DNA of 64,000 bases from Octopus vulgaris (GCA_951406725.2 OX597817.1:7812001-7876000), one strand, 5' to 3'. Shown: positions 30,189 through 44,540, numbered from the stretch's first letter. Program-made: numbers and translations. Notes: generated from the letters alone by a model not told the origin.

Positions 30189-30247
30189 ATTCCAGATCCC
30201 GGGTTTCTGATTCTGCATAAGAAATGCTCTGCCTTCATCAGTGGAAT
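30189..30247 (-). ncRNA. Degenerate type I hammerhead motif
   Basis: Minus strand: auucca-CUGAUGA-...-GAAAC-CCGG-G(A)UC-uggaau. Stem I is a perfect 6 bp; stems II and III are imperfect. Confidence 0.55.
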
Positions 30248-30278
30248 ATACTCAGAAAGCATATAAATACAAATACAT

Positions 30279-30322
<44 letters not shown>

Positions 30323-30513
30323 ACATACAACATACAATATACGATATACTTACATATACGAACATACACATACATATGCACTTATGCAGACGACCAGTTT
30401 AAATCGGCCGCCTAAAACTCCTCTTGCAATATGGTCAGAATACCACCGCAGTGAATATAATGACGAAATAAATATATAAATTTTATCCTTATTTATAAAT
30501 ATATATATGTATA

Positions 30514-30573
<60 letters not shown>

Positions 30574-30584
30574 TAGATAACTTA

Positions 30585-30830
30585 AATATGTTTCGACCAA
30601 AGATTTGTCTAGGACATGTCTAACTTAATAGCACCACCTGACAAGATTAACTAAATCCTTTTTAATTCAAGTTTTGTGATATCATGACCCATTCTAGTAG
30701 GGAGTCCTTGTTGAGTGAGTTGTATCCAAGTATAGGCGGCTTATCTGGTTTTCCTTGAAGAATTTTGTCCAGATTCGTTCAAAGGTGATGGGATACTTTT
30801 CCCCCTTGATCTGTTTCGGGACAATATATA
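30585..30830 (-). mobile_element. Short LINE-like 3' end (Tx1/L1-like)
   Basis: ORF end PITFERIWTKF...*. The terminal ~70 bp are similar to 58048-58120. Confidence 0.5.
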
Positions 30831-30832
30831 TA

Positions 30833-30890
<58 letters not shown>

Positions 30891-32092
30891 CATCAAGGTG
30901 TACGCGTTTTAGTAACGCTGAAAATAACAGGCATACTGCAATACTCGCACTGCAAAAACACGCATACATGCACACGTTACAACTATGCACTCCTACATAT
31001 TAGCCTATATATACTTGGTTCACAACGCGCAGAGTGACACACGCACACATACAACATTTACATACAACTGATTCCTTGTTTCACTTGCATCATAAAGCTC
31101 CTTCCTTCCTTCCGGGACCCTCCCAGTCTTCTTCTTATCTCTGTCATTTTCAGAATGACTCAACATAGAACAATGCGTGTCTTTGTTTACATCATTTCCT
31201 TTCTTTCCTCTGTACTTCCTTCTTTTAAGTAGATACCGCTAAAGACATTTCAACTTTATTAATCTTTGAACTTTAAGCTAATAATTACAATTACTTTTTA
31301 CTTTATCTCCTCTGCTATTAATTTCACCGTTAATTCTGAATATCTAAAATGTTCTGAAAACGATGGCCTAACCCCCAAAATATTGAAACAAGGTAAAAGT
31401 ACAAACCATCGACTAGTATTATTTCATACAACTCCCCCCCTCACACACACACGCACTTACTAAACATAGAAACACATAGGGGTATACGCATGCAGAAATA
31501 AAGACACATACAATAGGAATACAAAATATAAAATGGCTGATCGTTAGTAAGGAAAGACATGCAAATAAGAAAGAAGAAAGCAAAGGACCACTGATGCGGT
31601 CACAGAAGAGTGACCAAGGAACTCTGGCCGAAATACGATTAACGTAAAAATAGATAAGGCTGAAGCAGATTAACACCAAATATATAGTGCATGTGTTTTA
31701 TTGGCTAAAGTGGCAACATGACCGTCCCCAAATACAACAACATCTGTTTCAACACACGGTTTCACATCAAGAATTTTGCAAAACGAATATATAATTTTTA
31801 AAATTTAATTATTTTAAGCGCAAAATATATTTCAATTGAGTAATTTTTTTTTTTTTTTTTTAATAGAAGTAAAATATAATAACAAACAGAAGTAAGAACT
31901 TGTAATAAAAGTTTTAGTTTTAATAAAAGTTAATATATTCTAAATCCAAATATTTTATTTGAATTTTAACATTAGCTGCAATATTTTAAGCAAAAATTTT
32001 CTTGCTCTGTCTTTTACCAGATGTAATAACTGTTCTATAATTTTCCAGGTTCATAAACTTAAGAATAGTATTTCTCTTGCTCGCATTTTTCC

Positions 32093-32139
<47 letters not shown>

Positions 32140-32193
32140 GGAGATGTACTCGCATAGTAAGTGATTCGATCTGAGATCGTGTGCTGGAACGAA

Positions 32194-32500
32194 AACAATT
32201 GCAGCGTGGAAGGTGTTTGTAAGCCATTTAAGAAACACACAAAATCCGTTCGATTGACTTCAACATTTAAGTCTAATTTGTCAAAGTATTTTCGTCGCTT
32301 TAAGGCTGCGACCTGTTCACTGACAAAAATCCGTGTTGCATCTCAATCCGAGATGCAGCACGGATTTTTGTCAGTGAACAGATCGCGGTCTTAAAGCGAC
32401 GAAAATACTTTGACAAATTAGACTTAAATGTTGAAGTCAATCGAACGGATTTTGTGTGTTTCTTAAATGGCTTACAAACACCTTCCACGCTGCAATTGTT
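32194..32500. repeat. Near-perfect palindrome (~151-bp arms, 5-nt loop) in a (TA)n-flanked element
   Basis: 32194-32344 is the reverse complement of 32350-32500, with only a few mismatches. Confidence 0.95.
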
Positions 32501-32503
32501 ATA

Positions 32504-32573
<70 letters not shown>

Positions 32574-33003
32574 CATGATACCTATTCCGGTGGTCTATTT
32601 TGACGTACCACTAAGTTATGGGGACGTAAATTCACTAACAGCAGTTATCAAGTGTTGGTGGGGAATAAATAGTGTCATACATAACTGTGTGTGTGTGTGT
32701 GTGTACAACGGACTTTACCCAGTCAAGCAAATCCACTCAGAAAACTTTGGTCGACCGGAAACTATAATTGAAATTTGTCCAAAATGCCACGCAGTGAGAC
32801 TGAACCCTGAACCATGTATATAAAACAAAATGAATTTCAAAGTTTTTACCTCTTGGCTATGCATTTCTTTTTATCATGTAAAGAGCATAGCCTCATTTTT
32901 TCCCATTTCGTGGGGATTACATTGCCGGAAGTTTTAAAATCCCACGTGACCCTACTTCATACATGAGAGAAGTTGTAACCTATATACTCTAGAAATTAAA
33001 TTT

Positions 33004-33067
<64 letters not shown>

Positions 33068-33166
33068 AACTTACTTGGAAGAGGATACGTGGCGTTCAGT
33101 CATGTAATAATATAAATAATTATATATGCATATATACATACTTATATGTACATACTTACATCTATA

Positions 33167-33209
<43 letters not shown>

Positions 33210-33211
<2 letters not shown>

Positions 33212-33672
33212 ATATGTGAGCACACGACGCCACTAAATGTATACAACAAAAAAGTACGAAGCACGAGTGCATGGAACATGAACTATTGTTTCGAACAATG
33301 AAAGACACAATTTGAAAACAAAGCAAACAACATAAAGAACGACCCTTCATCAGCTGTTGGCTGTTTTTCTAGTCTCGTATTTAGAGCATTTAACAACAAT
33401 ATGCGCTTTCGATAAAAAAAATTTGCTCCCAAATTTTATTTAATTTGTTTTGCGGGAGCAAATTTTGTTTATCGAAAGCGCATATTGTTGTTAAATGCTC
33501 TAAATACGAGACTAGAAAAACAGCCAACAACTGATGAAGGGTCGTTCTTTATGTTGTTTGCTTTGTTTTCCATTTGTGTCTTTCGTTGTTCGAAACAATA
33601 GTTCATGTTCCATGCACTCATGTTTCATAACTTTTTGTTGAACACGTTTCGTGACCTCCTGTGCCCACATGC
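33210..33672. repeat. Long inverted repeat (~220-bp arms, ~23-nt spacer)
   Basis: ~33210-33430 versus ~33454-33672. Identity is highest near the centre. Confidence 0.9.
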
Positions 33673-33751
33673 ACACAGACACAGACACACACAGACACAC
33701 ACACATACACACAGACACAGACACACACAGACACACACAGACACACACACG

Positions 33752-35260
<1,509 letters not shown>

Positions 35261-35821
35261 TATTAATATATATATCGTGAAGTATATTAGCCACTTAAAT
35301 GTGGCTAACCCTTAAAGGTAGATGCTACTGTAGCTTGTAGCCCCAGGAAGACACATCCTCCTGTTGGCTATTCACACACTTTCTGTGCCCTATCAGTATT
35401 TGTAAAGGGAAGCCATCCTTCCCATCTCCAGCCTGACGTGATACACGTCATTCCAGTGGATCTTCCCTGCCAACCTAAAATTACTACAATAGAATATCCC
35501 ATCAAGGACCTGGAGGAGAAACACTGCAAATCTAAAATTGGTTATAGGTTTTACGTGAGAATATGTCGTAAACTCGTGGATTATGTTAACATTATGAGGA
35601 AGCCAAAATTTTATTGGACCAATAACCGTTACATTATGCTACAGTGGAAAGTTAAAACACTTGCAATTTAAGAGCAACAAGTTATATAATGAAACTCATC
35701 AGTCCCTAAAATGCGACCGAAATTTTCGATTATGTTTATTTCTATGCGAGATACTACACATGCTCAGTAGCTGCTCGGATCTGTCATTAAGGCATTGCCT
35801 TTCAAATCATCCGCAAGATAG

Positions 35822-36105
35822 CATTGTATATTACTTTAACTACATAATCATGCAGAGAAAATAATAAGTCCAAATATAAGGGACTTGAGGTAGTTGTCTG
35901 AACCAGAAACTAAATTATGTATGGTTAGAAAGAGAATATTTACAACCAACAGCTTCGAAACACAACATTGTATATTATTTTAACTACATAATTATGCAGA
36001 GAAAATGCTAAGTTAAAACATAACGGGTTTGATATAGCTATCTAGAACAGAAAATAGATTATGCTATGGTTTGAAAGAGAATATTTACAACATACTGCTT
36101 CGAAA
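35822..36105. repeat. Diverged tandem duplication, ~145-bp unit x2
   Basis: cattgtatatta..ttaactacataat.atgcagagaaaat...gaaagagaatatttacaac...gcttcgaaa occurs twice. Confidence 0.8.
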
Positions 36106-36436
36106 TATGCAGTTTGCCTACTCAGATTATAAAGTCGCTTTTATAGTTATGAATGCATTTGGCCTTGTTAGTAAATGCATGTCATAAATTCAATGTGTTG
36201 AGGTTTTCAAGGAAAGGAAAGGCCAATCTAACAAGCATTTCGTAAATATAATCTATAAGCGAATCAGTAAAAAAAAAAAACGCAACATTTTTCTAAGTAT
36301 CATCATGGTATCAAAGTTCCACTGTTAAGATATTTAGACGTTAGCTCCGTCCTTATGGGAAGAATTCAAATAATTAAAAACGTATTACACACACATACGC
36401 ACACGCACGAATGCGCGTGTGCACACATACATACAT

Positions 36437-36487
<51 letters not shown>

Positions 36488-36511
36488 GCACACATATATA
36501 CATGCACATTT

Positions 36512-36643
<132 letters not shown>

Positions 36644-37281
36644 TGTATGTATGTATGTATGTATGTATGTATGTATATAAAGTGGCTATCTTAATTGGAA
36701 AATTTAGAAGACCAGCCATAGGTTAAACGACTCGAAACAACTATATATAAAATAGTTACGCTATTATTATGTTCTTGATATGTACAGAAGTACTATTGTT
36801 CCAACTCTTAGATTTTTTTGCCGAGATTCTGAAGAAAATGTAAGATTTAAAACAAAAGAACTTTTGTAAAATTCAAGAAGATAATTGCATATAGGAGCGC
36901 GCGTACATACACATACATACATCTTTTATGACGACATACATAGACAGACAGATATACATATGTGTATATGAATGTGTCTATATACATATGCATATATGTA
37001 TATATGTATACATGAATATATATATTTATATACATATATCTATATATAAGTGTATTTGTGTTTATGTATGTATATATGTATACATATATATATTTATATG
37101 TGTGTGTGTGTGTTTAATCTGCATCCGTGTTTCCAAGAAAATAGATTTAGGTTGATTCGCGGTTATGAATTAAGCAAGCCACCAACTGAGGCTTCTAACT
37201 TTGAGTTCTTTACTCTAAGTAGCCTGACAAAGTGCCTTTGAACTTAGCAGCGAAAAGGTAGATACACACACACACACACAC

Positions 37282-37326
<45 letters not shown>

Positions 37327-38874
37327 AGTAAACATATACATACATAGAGAGAGGGGGAGGGGGAGGGAGTCAGTCAAAGGAAGGAAGGAAGGAAGGGAAA
37401 AAAGGCAAGGGGGGAGTAAGAAAGAAAGTATACACAGAGGATGTAAATGTATTTAAGCCAGTTGGTGTTTAGATTTAAATCGTTTGTGTTTACATCAATT
37501 ACATGTATAAATGTAGGTTTGTGTGTCTATATATATAGGTCTGTGTGAGTGTGTCTCTATATCTGTATCTGTTTGTGACTGATCACCCCCAGCAGTATTC
37601 TAACACCTCTTTTAACGTCACTTCACAAACAATAGCTGCAAGGAAGATCAACTTGCAAATTGGATGTCGATCGAGTTATTTTTTATAATGTTTTTGGTAC
37701 TTTTCAGCATCATACTCCACTTTATTGCAATGGTTCAGTCCTCCTCACATTCTAATTCTGTTAGCCCTGAGCAATTTTACCTTATTTTCGATCTTAAAAT
37801 ATTTAACTTTTCAATCGGATTTCAAAGTTCAGGAAATTCCAAATTATTGCTTTATACTGCAGGTTAAATAAACATCAGAGATGCTTTCCCAAGACAGAAA
37901 ATACTAGAGCAACTCAGAAATGTTGCTAACCCTTTTGATAGCGACTAAAGCATTCGCATCGTTGAAAGTCCTTTTGTATGTTTCTACTGATATCTCAAAA
38001 TCACAAGCGTTTAGTCTTTTTACCCTATACATTTTGCCAAAGTGGAGCAGCGAGGATCAAATTGATTTTCACCCGCAGACTGGTTCCTTTGCATTCTCTT
38101 GTCAAGTACAGCCACCTTGAGCAAGTATCAGATGCCATGACTATCTCTTCGGTAGCCTTCTTCGGTTATTTAGATTCCAAACCAATTTTCTGCAAGAAAT
38201 AGTGCACAGATCTTGCTGAGAAACCGCAATATCCAACTTCAATAAGGAATCCGGTTGAGCGCTCGGCCCGCATAACAAATCCACAAGATTTGTTATAGGG
38301 CTTGGTACTTATCATTTTATCGTTTTTGTGAATGACGCTAAAGGAAATTTGGAAATATTGACGAATAATTCCTTCACAAGAGAGATAAACTTCTTATCGT
38401 CATCAATCAAGAAGCCTTACTGTAATGTATGTTGTTTGTTATGGTTTATAGCTGTTTGTCAGCTTTCATCCACCATACCCATGATTAAATGCATTTCTGT
38501 TGTAAACACACCATCTGTTTAGGGGTATGTAGAACTGCATTATCCAATATGTTCTTTATGATAGAGTATATAATAGGTTCGGTTGCTATTACTAGCTGAT
38601 AGAATGATTATTTATAAACTCGTCTGTAGTCTCTAATACTCATATATGGCTAGAGTGACAAGCTGCCTCCCCGTTCATAATTCTATGGCCAGTTTAGGTT
38701 TTATGTTCTCGGCTATGCTTCTAAACCATCTAGTGCAAAATAATTTCGTTTACAAATCTGAAGTCTTGTACTTATGAAACAAAGAACCATTTACAACGTA
38801 GCAAGTAAGAGAATAGATGTTCGAATCTCATTGAGCAAACTTCTCATTTTTGTTCTTTTCAAGATTTGTTTTCC

Positions 38875-39222
38875 CTTTCGGGGACCCCCTTCGGTCACGA
38901 CACTGACCATGGGATTGATTGCAACTTGAAAGTTACCCTCCTAGTCACAAGTCTGGGCAAGGTGGTTTATGGAAGACCAGCAGTCGTCCACGCATACCAG
39001 CCTCCCCTCTCCATGCCACCAGTGTTATCCAAGGGAAAGACAAAGGCCGATACAGCTTGACACTTGTGACGTCGCAACTCATTTCTACAGCTGAGTGAAC
39101 TAGAGCAACGTGAAATAAAGTGTCTTGCTCAAGAACACAACACGCAGCCCGGTCCGAGATTCGAGCTCACAACCTCACGATCGTAAGCTCGACGCTCTAA
39201 CCACTGAGCCATGCGCCTTCAC
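38875..39222 (-). mobile_element. tRNA-derived SINE
   Basis: Minus-strand head gtgaaggcgcatggctcagtggttagagcgtcgagc...gagctcgaatctcggaccgg. Confidence 0.8.
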
Positions 39223-40213
39223 ACGGAGAAAAATATTTCTACAAAATATGATAGGAAACAAATTCCTATTACTTCAACTCTCAACTAAATCATGTTCCGT
39301 TTTGTTTGTTGAACTTTTGCATACTTTTTCTCGTTTTATTCTTTTTGTGGTAAGCCATAACGCTTGAGTAGTTTGACCTCGAGTGCCAAGCATTTAACCC
39401 CCTTACCATTCAGATTATTCTGTCAAATATAATGCTTGTTCATTCACATTGTTTTCAGTTGATCCAACATTATTTTGTGGCTTCAAGAATTTGCTGATGT
39501 GATTGTTTATCTTCAGAATAACATTGTAGAATAGGTGTGAGATGTTGGATCTTACCAGTTTGAACGTAAAAGAGGTAGAATATTTTGGCCAGAAATGGCC
39601 GGTTTAAATGCTAAAGAGTTAAAGATGCTCTGACTTGAAGTGCATGCATGAAAGAATGGCTATGTGGGCGCGTGTAGAATTGTTCATATACATATATGTT
39701 TACACTCACACACGCACACAAACACACACACACATACATATACATACATACATACTTTCACGCATACATACATATAGGCATTTATCTTTATTTGTTAGTT
39801 GTAAAGCTATATATGTGACTCAAGGGCCCATAGTTTTCTTCAAGTTAATCCCACATTATTTGTGGCTTCAAGATTATATGTATACATACATGAACAGATA
39901 TATATAAATATATATATTCATGTATACATATATACATATATGCGTATGTATATAGACACATTCATATACACATATGTATATCTGTCTGTCTATGTATTAT
40001 GGAAGTGTGTTCATGGTTTTAAAATCTATTTTTATGCATAAAAACAAGCATTTATTAAATAAAGGATTCAATACATTTATAAAGTCTAATATCTATTATA
40101 ATTTATTGATAGCAACATTTAGAAACTTCGCTAGATGTATGATTTATTTAAACTGACAGTTTAAATAAGCCATATATCCTGAGAGACCTTCCAAAAGTCT
40201 ATAAAAATGATAG

Positions 40214-42368
40214 ATATGTTTCTTTATTAGCCACACAGGGCTGCACACAGATAGAACAAATTACAAGGTAGAGCTTTTCTTTTGAAGGTTTAAAAAAAAA
40301 AAAAGGAAGGGGGAGTTTCGATCAAAAGGGATCGTAAAAGGAGAGAAAGAGGACAAAAAAAAGGGGGGTTAAAAAAAAGGGGGAGAGGAAAAAAAAAATA
40401 AAAATTGATCAATAGGGATCGTTATCACAGAAATGTCAATATGAAGTGTAAAGGGGAGGACAGGTGAGGTTTACCCGTGGAAAGAAAAGCCTACGGAAAA
40501 GACCACGGTAACCTCGGTCAATGGAGTCACATGTTATATTTCTTTTTTTTTTTTGCGAATAAGCAACTCTCTGTTTTCAATTTCTGGGTTCATAGGATCA
40601 TGCTCAAGGTGGCTTCGTCATTCATACGTGCCATTCTTGCTACATTCACCCATCTTTTTTTAAAACATTCGCTAGACAAAACTTGCCTCTCTACTCTCAC
40701 TTTCCTTTTCAAGTGGTACTTGAAGAAGTTGATGAGAGATTGACCAGAGAGGAAAGTGTTTGTCTCCAATCCTTTCAGACGCGTCCACCAGATACATTCT
40801 TTCGCCATAGCCACAAGGATGATGAAACTAGCTCTTCCTTCCCGTTTGAAGGAGGGAGGCGTGACAATATTGACGATAGACTCAGCTGATAAACCGACTC
40901 GTCCCACACGTGACAGCAGTTGTTCCACATTGGCCCACAGGTCGGAAATTGTTGGACACTGCACGAGTGCGTGCAGAACGGTTTCGTCGCTCTGACCGCA
41001 TCTCGGGCAGGTCGGCCCCGTGTTTCTCGAGCCGTGTCTGTAGAGCTTATCCCGAACGGGTAGCGCTTCTCGGTAGCACTGCCAGGCCAGGGATCTCTGG
41101 AAGTTGTCCATGGGCCCTGGCCCGAAAGTCGTCCTGAACAGGCGGGTCAGGTACTCCTCGTCGACGTCCAGGTTCGCCCCGAGCTCGTCGTCGTACCCCC
41201 CCTCCACTAAACCCCTATAGAATGCTTTGGTTGTGTTGAAGTCACTCAAGGTCGACCCAGGACGGCAGAGTTGCTTGAGAGCAACGCGACACTCGCGGTG
41301 CCATTCGCCCTTCTTCGGCCTCTTTTTGATCCACGACTGCAGTTCGGTCATGGAGACGAGCTGCGGGAAAGCGTGCCTCACAAACGGCGACCACACCTGT
41401 TCACCGTCGTCTACATAGAGCCAGAGATGTCGCAGTCTCAGCGCGTGTCTGCGCATCATCAACCACGGCATGCCCAGCCCTCCTTTTAACGGGTGTTGAC
41501 AGCAAATGGATCGCCTGACCATCGGGACGCATCCTTTCCACAAGAAGCGAAAGAGAATGCGTTGTAGTTTGGTGATGGTAGGGTCGGGACAAGGTACGAC
41601 GGTCAGGTGGTAGTAGATGACGGACGCGATGTACGTGTTCGCCACCTCCGCCCGACCTTTTAGGGACAGTTTCCTCTCGGCCCATTGCCGGGCGAGAGTG
41701 ACCACCCTACTCGTTATCTCGTTCCAGTTCTTCTCCACTTGGAGGTCCGGACCAAACCAGACCCCGAGCAACTCAACCGGGCCGTCGGTCCAGCGTCCCA
41801 CGACGGAGGCGCTGGTGGACGGCATGGGCTTGCTTCTCCAGGTGCCTAGTCGCAAGCCCACTGACTTTTCCCGGTTGATTTTCGCTCCTGTCACCGCTTC
41901 GTAGTTTTTCAGTGTCTCGCCGACCTGCTCGATGTGCTCGTGGCTAGACACTATGACGGTGACGTCGTCCGCGTATGCAGACACGCCCGTCCCGCATCCC
42001 AGTTCTCGCGGGATGCCTCTCAAGGTTGCCAGCTTCCGCAATAATGGCTCGAGAGTCAATACGTATAGAAGCGACGAGAGGGGGCATCCCTGACGGACCG
42101 AACGTGCGATGTCGAAGGGTCTCGATAGATGTCCATTAACGCGAATTACCGAACGGATGCCTCTGTACAAAGCGGCTATCCAGCCGCGGAAGACGGGACC
42201 GAAGCCAGCCGCTCCGAGGACCGCCTCTAAGTATCGATGGTCCACCCTATCGAAAGCTTTCGATTGATCCAAATTGATCAGCGCCCCACCCATGCCAGGT
42301 TCGTTAACTACCCTGTCTATGATGTAGCGCATCAGGTGGAGGTTGTCATGGATGGTCCGGCCTGGCAC
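40214..42368 (-). mobile_element. 5'-truncated Tx1/L1-clade non-LTR retrotransposon (RT + C-terminal zinc finger + 3' UTR)
   Basis: Uninterrupted ~590-codon frame 40590-42370 containing [46 protein letters not shown] and [18 protein letters not shown]. The N-terminal IYLS part of the listed ORF is only the (GATA)n tract. Confidence 0.95.
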
Positions 42369-42459
<91 letters not shown>

Positions 42460-42488
42460 GGATGGATGGATGGATGGATGGATGGATG

Positions 42489-42550
<62 letters not shown>

Positions 42551-42558
42551 GATAGACT

Positions 42559-42608
<50 letters not shown>

Positions 42609-42618
42609 TAGATAGATT

Positions 42619-42691
<73 letters not shown>

Positions 42692-42710
42692 CTGATAGAT
42701 AGATAGATAG
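42369..42710. repeat. (GATA)n/(GATG)n/(GACA)n compound microsatellite
   Basis: Directly visible. Similar tracts occur at 11360, 26990, 33005, 56170 and 57880-58048. Confidence 0.95.
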
Positions 42711-42724
42711 CTCGTGTATGTATA

Positions 42725-42930
42725 CGAGGGGTGCTGAAAAGTTCCTGGGTTTGAGTAAAAGAAAGCATAAGAGGATCACTTAATTATGATTGTATTCAAC
42801 GTATTCCCTTCTCAGAATCACACACTTATTGCAACGGTCCTTCAGGTTTTTAAAAGAACTCGGAAGGTTGAGCTTCCAGCCAGTTCTTTCGCGAACCCTT
42901 AAAGCCAGGAACTTTTCTGCATTCCCTCAT
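42725..42930. mobile_element. Tc1/mariner-type MITE
   Basis: TIRs cgaggggtgctgaaaagttcctgg / ccaggaacttttctgcattccctc. Confidence 0.7.
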
Positions 42931-42987
42931 TATATATTATATATAATTATAGAGATATTCTAACTCGCTAGTTTGCTTGTTTATATA

Positions 42988-43592
42988 TCATCATCATCAT
43001 CATCATCATCGTCATCATCATTTAACGTCCGCTTTCCATGCTGGCATGGGTTGGACGGTTCAACTGGGGTCTGGGAAGCCAGAAGGCTGCACCAGGCCCA
43101 GTCTGATCTGGCAGTGTTTCTACAGCTTGATGCCTTTCCTAACGCCAACCACTCCGTGAGTGTAGTGGGTGCTTTTTGCGTGCCACCGGCACAGGTGCTA
43201 GACGAGGCTGGCAAACGGCCACGATCGGATGGTGCTTTTTACGTGCCACGGCTATGGTCGGATGGCGCTTTTTACATGCCACCGGTACGGAGACCAGACG
43301 AAGCTGGCAATGGCCACGGTCGAATGGTGCTTTTTACTTGCCACCGGCACGGAAGCCAGTCAGGGCGGCGCTGGCTACGGCCACGTTCGGACGGTTCTCT
43401 TACGTGCCACCGGCACTGGTATCACAACTACAAATTCCATTGATGTTGATAGATTAAGATTTTGATTTTCACTTGCCTCAACAATCTTCACAAGTGGAGT
43501 ATTGTGTCCCAAGAAGGAAAGGAACGCATAAGTGGGCTGGCTACATGCCAGGTGTAGCCCACGGGATTATGGCCTCACTTGTCCTGCCGAGT
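42988..43592 (-). mobile_element. RTE-related retroposon 3' part with (TGA)n tail and internal tandem subrepeats
   Basis: A (CAT)n tract is followed by tttaacgtccgctttccatgctggcatggg. The motif ggatggtgctttttacgtgccac recurs about 6 times. Confidence 0.6.
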
Positions 43593-43824
43593 CTATATAT
43601 ATATACTAGCAAATTCATCTTGTCATTTTGTCTTCTCTCCTCGTGCGGTATGAACATTTAATGTAGGTTTAGAGTCAAGTTTTGGCTGCTATTTCCAGCG
43701 TGAAGTTATCTCTTAGATACCCTAAATCATAAATATATATATATATAATAAGGTAGACCAATGGGAACAGATAGAATAATCCTTTATTTATTTATCCATT
43801 TAAATAAATAATTTTCCGACATAT

Positions 43825-44228
43825 AGGCGCAGGAGTGGCTGTGTGGTAAGTAGCTTGCTAACCAACCACATGGTTCCGGGTTCAGTCCCACTGCGTGGCA
43901 TCTTGGGCAAGTGTCTTCTGCTATAGCCCCGGGCCGACCAAAGCCTTGTGAGTGGATTTGGTAGACGGAAACTGAAAGAAGCCTGTCGTATATATGTATA
44001 TATATATGTGTGTGTGTGTGTGTTTGTGTTTGTCCCCCCTAGCATTGCTTGACAACCGATGCTGGTGTGTTTACGTCCCCGTCACTTAGCGGTTCGGCAA
44101 AAGAGACCGATAGAATAAGTACTGGGCTTACAAAGAATAAGTCCCGGGGTCGATTTGCTCGATTAAAGGCGGTGCTCCAGTATAGCCGCAGTCAAATGAC
44201 TGAAACAAGTAAAAGAGTAAAAGAGTAT
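43825..44228 (+). mobile_element. Full-length tRNA-derived SINE
   Basis: tRNA-like head, internal TA/TG tract, and tail ...ggcggtgctccag.atggccgcagtcaaatgactgaaac(aagagtaa)n. Flanked by a 74-bp direct repeat. Confidence 0.9.
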
Positions 44229-44501
44229 AAAAGATTAATGAGGTAGACCAATGGGAACAGATAGAATAATCCTTTATTTATTTATCCATTTAAATAAATA
44301 ATTTTCCGACATATGTTTATGCTTAATTACAAAGAGTATAATAATTTTAGTTAGTTACACATATATTCCTTACGTGATGGTATAGGTAAAACCTTAAGAG
44401 AGTTCTTACAATATATTTTCTCTATTGCATAATACTATGTGTGGTCAGAACCAAGTTTGAGACTGAATTGATATCTACCTTGACTTGTCTCCCTACTTTG
44501 T

Positions 44502-44535
<34 letters not shown>

Positions 44536-44540
44536 TGTGT

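Noticed and set aside
37640-38800. Non-repetitive stretch with a KKPYCNVC motif reminiscent of a hAT/BED-type transposase
   Set aside because: Too degraded to support a call without a database search.
42369-42779. N-terminal IYLS-repeat extension of the 729-aa ORF
   Set aside because: It is read-through of the (TATC)n tract and a MITE upstream of a 5'-truncated LINE, not a real fusion protein.
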